Assembly: GCA_050230475.1 (NCBI GenBank)
Contig: JBFLGF010000017.1
Coordinates: forward strand, 110,740-130,739
Length of the DNA: 20,000 nt
DNA from: Ancylonema sp.
Taxonomy: Eukaryota
Direction: 5' to 3'
In this document: positions 1 to 9,619 of the stretch, piece by piece
How the letters are laid out: each line of letters starts with the position of its first letter
Numbering within the stretch: position 1 is the first letter of the stretch
The notes under the pieces: generated by a model
Database searches by the model: none
What the model was told of the DNA's origin: nothing
Seen by the model: the letters and a program-made list of their open reading frames with translations, nothing else
Made by a program: the position numbers and the translations under genes

Positions 1-560
1 GCATGGATTGCATGTGCTAGAGAACGTTGTAAAGCAACAGAAACTCTCTGCCGAAACCAAGTAACTAACAAACTAACATTCAGCCCCGATCGCCCATTCA
101 GTTGCGCCGCACGGTGAGCACAATCCACCAATAACCGATTGCTTGCATCGGAAAGCGAAGCGCAATGTACGTCTCTAACGCAAACGGGATAAACTTGGTC
201 CCTGCCGCGCGATCTGAGTTTTTTGCGCCGTTTTGCATCTTCTGCGGCCACCAACCCTGACAAGCCGCCGATCCACCAAGTCACGCCGCGTGGGGTCAGC
301 AATGACCACATCCACCAAAATATGCCCCTCCACCAAATCCGAAATAACAATATCCACTCGCCCCCCACGACCGCCTGGAGCGGAGGACGGAAGAAACCCC
401 GTATGTTCACGTTGAACATGCTGACCCGACTCGCGGAGGATGTGATATACGGAATCTCGCACCGAGTCATGAGATGAAGTGCGCTTCCCCCCTCGACTGC
501 AGCGCGCGCATAAGATGCGTACCCAGGGCGTCCATAGAGTTGCCGCACGCGCACGTATGT
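1..560 (-). pseudogene. CCHC zinc knuckle plus restriction-like endonuclease (RLE) domain and C-terminus of the retroelement ORF
   Basis: CxC-x8-H-x3-C knuckle (broken by a frameshift in a GC dinucleotide run at about 503-510), then HD/RD, RE, RxDI, VDVxI, FIPFAxET and QRxSVALQR motifs typical of RLE-bearing LINEs. Confidence 0.8.
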
Positions 561-1174
561 ATCATAGGTAGCACGGCATGGGTGGGTGGGGAAACCCGAG
601 GCGCAGGCGCACGGCAGTAAGGAATAGGGGAGGGGGGATACGAAGGGAGGGAATGATGGGGGACGCGGGACGCCTGTAGCCCAATGACCCGCACCGGGTC
701 CACTGGCGGACCGAAAAGCCTCCCTCGATGTCGCGAGATCGGTGCTCGCCACAAGCACCTCAAACGCAACAGCGTGGGTAGCATCAAGAAGTGTCGGCTG
801 CAAGTGAGGAACAGAAGCCACGGCCAAGGTGGCATATGGAGGCAGTGCCGCGCGAGCTGTTGGGTGAAGAAGCTCTCGCGCTTCTCGAAGCACGATCTGT
901 GTTCGTAGACCTCCCTCGTCCACAGTGCTGAAAAACGGGCCGAATGATAAACGGGCCGAATGTGGAAAACTGATGCGAGTGCAGGCGCGGCGAGAGCATA
1001 AGAGCCAATTAAAGCAACTGGGGCAAGAACCCGAGTACGAACCAAACCCACGCCCCCCCGAGCGATCGACAAACAAGCTTGGTCACGCGACAAACCAATA
1101 TGGTCCGAAGTGCAACCAACCACCCAGCCCAATAGATCTGCCTCTACAACCCTCCACAGCGTGGCATCGTACTC

Positions 1175-2251
1175 CTAGGAAGGAAGAGGTAGGGTGGCAA
1201 GTACGCAGCAGATATGATGGTCGAGCAGCAAACACCTGCGTAAGTAGGCGGAGGGCCACGGATCCTCAAGGAGGCATAATTGTAGAAGACCCCGCGTATC
1301 TACCTCCAACGCAGCTGCCAGGAAGCCTCGCACAAACTCGTTCGTCCCAAAAGGCGCCCCCAACACACGAATGCCATCTGTAGCATAAGAGCACCCCTTC
1401 GGAAGAATCGGAAACACCTCCCGACCAGACGGTGACCACGCCACACACTTGGATGACTGCACGGAAAGGCCGAGTTTTTCGAGCTCCTCCACAAAAAACT
1501 TAAAAGCCTCCACCACACGGGGAGGGGACCCCACGATATGGGTGTCATCTGTAATTGAAGGAAAGGCGCAGTCCGGAAATGCCGCTGCGGTGGATCGAAG
1601 AGCCTGCTGGTGTCCGACGGCGAACAATACCCCTCCAAGGGGATCCCCCAGACGAGTCCCGGTCGAAGACGCCAACTCCACTACCTCCTCCCCCCCCGCC
1701 AGATCACGAGCACGGAAGAATAGGGGGGAAGACCCCCCATAAAAAGCTCGCACAAACGGGAACAAACTACTCAACCCCCCCCCCCAATCACGAAGCTCCT
1801 CAAAGAACGCCTGGCGGTTGATGGTGTTGAATGCGTTTTTCACGTCCACCTGGATGACACCCCAAGATAGACGCGCGTCCAAAAGAAGTCGCACCCCCCA
1901 GATTACCATCTCACACCCCCTTTTAAAAGCAAAGCCGTAGTGCCATTCGAAATGGTCGTGAAGCGCCTCCCGGATCTGAAGGCATATCGCACGGTTGATC
2001 AAACGATAAAACCCCTCCCCCACAGCAAGGGGACGTACCGCCCCGCCACCCTTATCCAACGCCACCAGCCGAGATGCCCCCAATAGATGACAAATAGACG
2101 CCGGAATACGACCCCTCGCAACATGAGCAGCCACGTGGACAAGGGTCAAAACCACTCGCAGGGTCATCCGGATCGAGAACGTCACAAAATGTTCAAACAC
2201 CATCCAGACAACCCTGCAGCAGAATGGGCTTGGGGGCCCTCGCAACGCCAC
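1175..2251 (-). pseudogene. Reverse transcriptase domain (longest open stretch) of the non-LTR element
   Basis: The 358-aa ORF has LINE-type RT motifs. The usual QGDPL reads LGDPL and the catalytic motif reads ITDD. Frameshifts bound the domain at about 2200 and about 1260. Confidence 0.85.
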
Positions 2252-3165
2252 AACGAATGAGTCCCTTTCGAGAATGAAATCGTCGGGAGGCCTGAAATCC
2301 CCAACAAAATCTGGGAGAGCAGCTGGGGGGGGGCAATGGGGTGCAAGTCACGCAGCTGTGCCACAGTCTCTTCCGTCCCACGCGCTAGAGGTTGTGACAC
2401 TAGGGCCGAGCCGACCGCGACAGCTCACCACTCCTTCCCAAAAGAAGGAAGTTGTCGTTTCTGGTTCAGAACTGGTTATGTTGATTACGACGACGAACAT
2501 GATAATCTACACTACGTGTCATATTAAGTTCGTTTATCCACTATCTTTTGCAGCTATTTTATTGGATGTGAGCCCATACTGTCCCGCCAGTCGTACCATT
2601 TGAAAGGTCATCCGACGTTTGGAGGACGACGCCGGTACAGCGTTTCGTAGGCAAACTCGAAAGTCCCCTGTTGAAGCCAGCGGTTACACCCGTGACACCC
2701 GTGGTGACATCCGTGTCTTGTCTCGATTGGCCCATTGTCCGCTTCATGATTACATTTCTGTCTGCCAGAGGCTTTCTTTGTACGTGTCTGCTACAAGTGA
2801 CGTCAGCCTGAAAACTGTCCCGGGAGCTTTTCGAGGGGGCTACAATTTGTAGCCTACAAACGACGATCACGCGGCGTCCCTGTATGCGACCGACCTGACT
2901 ACGATATGCGCATCCCGCAATCTTGTTGTCAACTTGGAAGGCTGGTTCATCATTGCGTCACTAGAGAGACTCATGGAGGTGACATGATGGCAGAGTGCAG
3001 TGAACGAATGAATTCATGCACTACTTGTGGCCATCGACGCGTGAATGAACACAGCTCAGCGTGCACGATGTGCGGCCTAAAGTTTGTATGTCTGGAGGAA
3101 GTCCGAGATCCGCACCTTGGTTTCGAAAAACCCTTTTTTGTGCCATTCTTTTCCGCCCGAGTCTC

Positions 3166-3852
3166 ATGACTGAAGTCATTGAGCCAAACGTTTCGATAGA
3201 GGTTTTTCAGAGCATCTTCAATGAATACGGCCGACTGCCGGATGGAAGCACCGGCCAGACTCTAGCCGTAGATCGTAACAACCCTGGCCGTGAGATCTTA
3301 ATCAGCAAGCGCGTAATTTGGCGCACGAAAGAGTTCGACTCGTTCTGCAGATTCGAATCCGTTGACAGGAGCAGAGCCCACGGTGCTGCCGCGCTCTTAT
3401 CCTCGGGGCTGGGCTACGCTGCGCTCATCCCGCCCCTGATCGTAACTCACTATTGCTGCAGCGACGGGGAACAGAAACTGGTATTCCGCTTCGGCCACGC
3501 TTTTCTGGACAAGTATTCACAGCTCCTCTTGCCAGCGGACCACACCCTAGACGCCGCGACGTGGGGGAACTCCCCGCCGCAGCCTCCGACCTCTTCGCCG
3601 AGGGCCACCGTCTCGCCGCTGGACATGCAAAGTCACATAGCGGAGCTGGTAGGGGCCTACCCAGCTGAACTGCGTCGATGCGGTGTACTGGTCCCAAAAT
3701 CCCTTCTCCAATCTGCCAGCGACCTGCTTGGCCGACACCGGAATGAAAGAGAACTGACGGTGGAAGAGACGCGTGTGAAGAAATTCGGTGAGTGGGCACT
3801 GAAAGCCACCCAGGCCGTGCACAGGACAGCTGCCGGGCGGAGCTGGCCATGA
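3166..3852 (+). CDS. Hypothetical protein, 228 aa from the first ATG (MTEVIEPNV...GRSWP), apparently single exon, no recognised family
   Basis: Frame is open from 3061 to 3852 with ATG at 3166 and TGA at 3850-3852. The region is more GC-rich than the downstream flank and has a protein-like composition (two globular-looking parts joined by a Pro/Ser linker). No homology recognised by eye. Confidence 0.5.
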   Translation: MTEVIEPNVSIEVFQSIFNEYGRLPDGSTGQTLAVDRNNPGREILISKRVIWRTKEFDSFCRFESVDRSRAHGAAALLSSGLGYAALIPPLIVTHYCCSDGEQKLVFRFGHAFLDKYSQLLLPADHTLDAATWGNSPPQPPTSSPRATVSPLDMQSHIAELVGAYPAELRRCGVLVPKSLLQSASDLLGRHRNERELTVEETRVKKFGEWALKATQAVHRTAAGRSWP

Positions 3853-5577
3853 ATCTGCGTCTGTCGAGAGCTTTCCGTATGTTGATTGAGGCGGGTGCAC
3901 ACGTGGCAGCAGATTCTGCTGCCTTTTATGCTAGCGGTCGCTCTTCCTCGCCAACCAGCTCTTGAGTTGGACTGGAGGTTTGATGGTTGAAAAGGAACAG
4001 AACAAACCTGAAACCTAGTTCTGAGCTGATTGGTCTGAAGCACACAGAGCTTAGCCTCGCCTTGTCCCGTGAGCCTACATACAAATTCAACTGGTTTTGG
4101 TGCTGGTTCTGGTTCAGTTTTGAGAAGCTACATGCTCGAATCAATGTTGTATTTGCAACCTTGGAAGACGGATCCGGAAATCTGATTCAGATCTACTTTC
4201 TTACACAACCATTTGCTTTTAGACGGGCTTAGAGCCGTAGGCTTGAAGAAGCAACATGTAGATTCCCCTACCGTTTTGCGAGTCTACACTTGTCAAATTG
4301 TTAATTTGATGTTTAGGAATATTGGGTAGGCAAAGAACATACGTTTAGGAGGACTAAAAGATAATCATATCGAATTGGAAGAGAGTATGCAGTGGCGCTC
4401 ATTTTACGCTTCGTAAAGCTTTAAGTGCTTGCATGCTTTTGTAAAGAGGAAACCCTGCTAGGAGACTTGGTTCGTGTGTTTATTTGAGGTCATTGTAACT
4501 TCCTTTATTTGTGTTCATTTGTAGCTTAGAAATTTTGCAGTTACGATCGCCGATTATGATTGTAAATTTGGTTGTACATTAGCTCATAGCACCTCTTACA
4601 ATCATTTTTGTGTTGCGAAGGGGAGAGGAGCATTTGAGTATTTTGGCAAGCAAGACAAGTGTGCTTTGTGCAAAATTGCCGACATTCCGGTTTCTTCCTA
4701 TTCGTGTCATTTCCTCCGTTTCACATGTCTTTGAGATAGGACTATGAGCACGAACCCTCTTGAAAAGTTTCATAGCATGTGAGTACATTCCACCTTTTTG
4801 TATGCCAAGCCGTTGTTCAATGCTATGCTCGGATGTTTCGTATGTCATCCGTAATAAGGTTGGTTGTCTCCCGGTGTCTCTCTTGGTTAGAAAATATGCA
4901 AAAATCTTGTCCTTTTATTGAGCCTTCCACCGCAATCTCTAGGTTGGAACCTTTGCTTATGTTCAAACGGTTAATCCATTGACGACCCCATGCGCAAAAA
5001 ACTAAGCAATAAAATCTATGTAAAGGAAAATCGACAAACAACAACTATTCCACTAGACAGGTTATCTAATTAGCCTGTGATGGTTCCTAACAATTTCGGT
5101 TTCGGGAGCGGAATTTTCTTTTCCTTCACACAGGTTATTCCCTAAGTGAGTATTTCTTCAGGCATATTCATGGTATGTATGTTCTCATTCATTTTGACGT
5201 GCGTGCTCGTTTCACCATTACTCTCCGTGTCTTTGGAGGAATTAGTGTGTTCATGCAATGTTGCTTTCGTCAAATCCCATGTTGTCACAAGCCGCAAAAC
5301 ACATGGAAGAAGATGATATGTACAAATGAGATAAGATGCAAGTGAGAATCATTCACATAAAACCTAGTGAGTAAGCACTAATACTCCACCAAATTTGTAC
5401 AAAATCGCATCGATTTCCTCACCCTATCAGATAAAAATCCAACAAAAATCAAAAACAAAATCCCAAACCAAGGTAATGCTTTGATAATTTAAATTAGTGG
5501 GGCTTGGCGAGTCAAGCAATTGCAAAAAAGATTACATTTGATTGCATTCATGTGCTGAGTAAACATGTTGCATTTCC

Positions 5578-8019
5578 TCAACTCAATTCCCCACACTTTG
5601 TGATCATGATTTTTGCGTACGGGCGATTAAATCCCCTCTCTGCAACAACAGCTCTCGTGTCCCCGATCAACTTCGCCGCCCTGCACCAAAACCCGGGACA
5701 AAATGGCTCGGATAAAAAATGGCATCCAATTTCGGGTTCGTCTCCCACTCACCATCACATCCGAGACCAAATCCCAAATTTCCCTTGACGTGCGACCTTG
5801 ACTTGACTTTGATTTATATTGGTTGACTTGAGTTGACTTGAAATGACTTCGCCACATTTTGCGTGTAGACCAAACAAAATAAAAATGGACCCACTAAGGT
5901 TGGGTACAAATCGAAAGTGTTTGCTCGTTGGTTTCTTTTTCCCATCATGTGCCCCCCGACCACATTGTGCGACACCTACACGCAATAGACTCTTGAAGAG
6001 TGATAAATCTACCACCCAAATCCCCATGTATATAAAAAAAAGTCCAGGAAATGTTTCGAGTAACGAATGCTCCTCATGAACATCACAAGTCAAGCGTAAA
6101 ATTACCAAAAATCCCAAAAAAATGGTTGCTTATATCGAGGTTGGAGTGTATAATGCCATTACAGTGCTTTTGTATATTTTTATACGTGACTACAGTAGCG
6201 CGGACATATTTGTACCTCGAAATTTGTCGCACAATAATTGAATTTATTTTGAAAGAGAGGAAAAAAAGAAAACTATGCACGCACAGTATGGTGGTCACTC
6301 CCAAACCCACTCGTCCAATCGGACCCCACCCTTGCCCACGCTTGCAAGATCCAGACAACTTAACACAAAGATGATGTAACCCGGGGGTGGGAAGCTGCCA
6401 AAAAACGATGTCCTCATCCCCCCTCACCGGAAATACGGACTGTTCGTATTCTCCCTCACTGCGGGGACGGCCCAGATGCTTTCCACCACCCCCAACCCTT
6501 CCACCACCCTCCCAACCACCAAGCTGGACTTGTCTAATTCGGGAGCGGGTCGGAGGACGATGTTGAACTCCGTTCCGTTTGGGGGGGGGGTCGAGGCCTC
6601 CTCAATGGTCATGAATTTGCCGTCCCTTGCAACCAGTTTGGTTTTTGGGGGGGGGCGGTTGGGGTCTATCGCAACAAGGGAGACGGAGTGGGGGGAGTTT
6701 TGGAACCATTCAGGGTGGGGGTGTCTGGGGGATCAAGGGGGGGGTTGGGAAGGTGCGGGGGGTGGGGGGGGTGGGGGGGGGTGGGTGCTGTGATTGTGAT
6801 TGTGGCAGGATGAAACCCTGTAGGCCCAATTTGAACCTGAATTTGAACCTGAATCTCACCCTCCCTCACGACCTACCCCAAGTTTGACCCCCCTCGGTGC
6901 GCCCTCACCTCCTAACCTGCCCCATTTCCTCCTCCAGTTTCGCTCCACTCTCCCCCCCCGCGAAAACTGCAGTCTCCCGCTCCTCCCCATTGAGGGAGAA
7001 GGCCCTGAGCCCACTGTTCTGAATGTAGTGAGGAGTCAACTTCACGAATTCCTTCCGCCGGTACGAAATGCCGCGCTTGCCGAGTGCCAGCTCAGCAAAT
7101 CGGGCGGCGCCGATGGGGACGTCCTGATTGGGGGAGGGGGGGAGGGGTGTTAGCCGAGGAGGTTCGGACGCAGACGGCGCTGGGGTTGAAGTATCGGGAG
7201 TTTTGGGGCAGTGAATATGAATGGGATGGGGTTCAGGGATTCGGGTCCAGGGGTGGTGCTGCTGGGGTGTGTCAGGGAGGTTGGTGTAAGGAGCAGCGAT
7301 GTTGTTGCAATGAATTCAAAACCTCGTACCTTGCCGTAGAGACCAATTATAATTCGTCCAGCAGGGACGCCGTCTATGGACACATCGAGATATACTCTTC
7401 TCGTTATAACGGGTCCGTCTTGTGCATCAAACGGAACCACCTCATCGGCCTGAGATGACGTGCCAGGTTGCGCGTTAGGTGCCTCTGCTGACGTGTCTAC
7501 TGTATGTTGCAGTACTTCGCTGGATGTGGACATTGTTGACTCGTCACGTGGCGCATTCAGATACGTGCCATCTGAAGATTCGGCAACACTACCTCGCTCC
7601 ACTGCTGCGTTTCTACTGGTGGCATTTTCGGCGTCCTCTACAGCAGCCATGACAACAACACCTGGCAGGTGCTGATTGAATAGCGTTACGGATAGAGGAA
7701 GTGTAGCAGCTGTGAAAAGCATCGCCCTGCGAGGTCTTGAATGGTCTTCAACTGTAGCTACGGTTGCGGTTGCGGTTGCACTTCCCGTTTCTCCTCTACG
7801 TAGATGATCCTTGGTAGCGATTTCGTGCGCCTTCTGTCCACTGAAGTCTTTCGAGGAAGCACTAGGCCCTTTGATGTCATTATTTCTATATCGAGCGGAG
7901 GATTGCTTGCAGTCGTCGAGTAATGGGAGCTGGAACAATCTGGTTCGGATATGGGAAGGGTTTAGGAAAGTGGTGGTACATATGCAACGCTGATGAAGCG
8001 GACCTGACGGAAGTGCCAT
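5578..8019 (-). CDS. CYP28: Chloroplast thylakoid-lumen cyclophilin-type PPIase, CYP28-like; join(complement 7330-8019, 6909-7123, 6428-6724, 5578-5680); 434 aa
   Basis: Four exons, all GT-AG and phase-consistent (690+215+297+103=1305 nt). The spliced protein has VYLDVSIDGVPAGRIIIGLYGK|DVPIGAARFAELALGKRGISYRRKEFVK, DPNRPPPKTKLVARDGK, PNGTEF, LVVGRVVEGLGVVE and RENTNSPYFR|AAKLIGDTRAVVAERGFNRPYAKIMITKCG, matching my recollection of plant CYP28. The N-terminus looks like a transit peptide plus twin-Arg signal (RRAMLF). The start ATG at 8019 is inferred. Confidence 0.92.
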
Positions 8020-8513
8020 GCTCTCAGATATAACGTATGACTCCGAGGATATCTGCACTAAAACAGGAAGCAAGTTGCCTGCGACATCCCTAATCAAGTC
8101 GTTTCGGAGGCTTGTGATACCTCAAGCGCTGTCTATCCAACTAAGAGAAAAAAGGAATTGGGAACGTAAAAACGAGATGGATGCTAGGGACAAATGGTTC
8201 ACTTTTAACAAGTCGTTGTCGTGACATTGCATTGTCTCAAATTTGTCTCGATTCCCAATATACTATTCCTTCGCGTTGGATTGGTGACACTGTGTCTCAC
8301 GAATGCCAATGGCGAAGTCATCGAAAACCTGACTAGACCTTGAGCTCGCTCTACATTGTGTTGGTTGTTCTCCATTATAAGTTTCTGCAGACGCGCAGTA
8401 CTCGGGAGGAGGTCAAAATGGCGGGACCGCGAATGACGAGAGCTCCAGAGCTCGGAGTTCGCAAGAACCGGGCTGATTGAGCGCGAAGCTCAAAGGATCG
8501 TTTAGGCTCAGTA

Positions 8514-9619
8514 TCCGAACACAAGTAGTTGGCCCCTCTACCCGGATCCGTTTCCCCCTACCCGCGGGGTAGCCTACCGATCCCTACCGCGTCGTTCAAA
8601 ACGGGATACCTACCTGCCGCGAGTCGACCACACGTGCAGACCGTACTCAAAACGTGCTGCCCGACATTTACCCCATCCCGGGTAGGGACCGGTAGAGAGG
8701 CGGGTAAGGAATGTTCGATACGGGACTAAAAACTATTCTAGCGTATACAACGTATGTGCGTGAGAACGTATGTAGTTGGCATCGTTCAGTGTATTGCGGG
8801 CTTTCAGCCGCTATAACCAGCCTTGTGTGTAAACCGGGGGACAATTACTCTAGAAGGTCTCGCTATGAGGGTATTCCGAATGCATCTTCCGTGGTCTTCT
8901 CGGTTAGGAGTGATGCTATTGGTACGCAAGGATTACAGCGTCATCTCCTAGACCTTGTTGTCATAGCGTTTGGATAGACTTGGGGCAACCCATCGTTACA
9001 CGTGCGGTGCCCAATTTAACGTTTGAAGCAAAGCAGCGCCGCATTCTGCGACCCCGTTGGTTCCCCTCTAGCACTTGCTCTCTTAAGGTGTCTAGACTCT
9101 ACATTGTACTTGTCTTTCCGGGAACATTTCCCATTACCTTTTTAACTTTCGGCCGTCTACTTGTCGTTCTAAACCTTTGCATGACGATTTCAATTTAGTG
9201 GTAGGAATGTCTTTTAGTCTATTGCACATGCATTGTTCATAACGTGTGTGACACCCAAGCGCCAGTCCGCGCTTTGACTAGTAGTTTAAAACTTTGGACA
9301 CATGATGTGTGGGTGTGGGTAGAATGCATTCCCATGCATGTCTTGAAGTGATTAGAGCATGTTGTGTATGCGATAGGGTGATAGCGTACGATCTCAATCT
9401 ATACGTAATGTGCACGTGTGTGGTCAGACGTGCGAAAGATGCGATAAATTTCACACTCCACGTGGGCACGCAGGTGAAAATAAGCGACAAGTGCTACCTA
9501 CCCGCTACCCCCTAATCCCTACCCGTTGGCAGATTTGCGTGGGTCTCGTCCTACCCGACGGGTAGCCTACCCCCTACCACAAGCCGAAAACGGGTAGGAG
9601 CCAATAACTAGTGTCCGGA
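8514..9619. mobile_element. Putative non-autonomous TIR DNA element (~1.1 kb) with CTACCCG/CGGGTAG subterminal repeats
   Basis: 8514-8544 TCCGAACACAAGTAGTTGGCCCCTCTACCCG aligns to the reverse complement of 9591-9619 (TCCGGACACTAGTTATTGGCTCCTACCCG) at 24 of 31 positions. Many CTACC(C/G) motifs cluster in both orientations at 8538-8707 and 9494-9597. No TSD identified. Confidence 0.5.

Larger units (their letters stand above)
1..2400 (-). mobile_element. Degenerate non-LTR retrotransposon with RT, CCHC zinc knuckle and restriction-like endonuclease (CRE-clade-like); 5'-truncated, continues past the left window edge
   Basis: Stitching minus-strand frames gives, in order: pre-RT TEETVAQLRDLHP and SAAGLSGW; RT motifs VRPLAVGEGFYRL, QVDVKNAFNTINR, GTRLGDPLGGVLF, SITDDTHI, GIRVLGAPFG; post-RT RPSYLLR and QACLSIARGGVGL; knuckle CACGNSMDALGTHLMR/CSRGG; HDSVRD..RE; RVDIVI...VDVVIADP (PD-(D/E)xK-like); FIPFALETY; and FRQRVSVALQRSLAHAIH near base 1. 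Several frameshifts are needed to join these. Confidence 0.9.

Noticed and set aside
223..1821. Several + strand ORFs (223-477, 684-908, 925-1383, 1449-1742, 1555-1821)
   Set aside because: They are antisense shadows of the GC-rich retroelement ORF with no recognisable motifs.
1..3852. RT plus adjacent ORF as a retron- or DRT-like two-component system
   Set aside because: The RT is LINE-type with a fused endonuclease, is pseudogenised, and is divergently oriented from the orphan ORF. Nothing links them beyond proximity.
3425..4043. Minus-strand ORFs overlapping the orphan ORF
   Set aside because: They are shorter, mutually overlapping and Arg/Ser/Pro-rich, as expected from off-frame GC-rich sequence.
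7150..8097. The 315-aa ORF as a standalone single-exon protein
   Set aside because: It is CYP28 exon 1 read through a GT donor at 7329 into intron 1. The listed start is not ATG, and the first in-frame ATG is at 8019.
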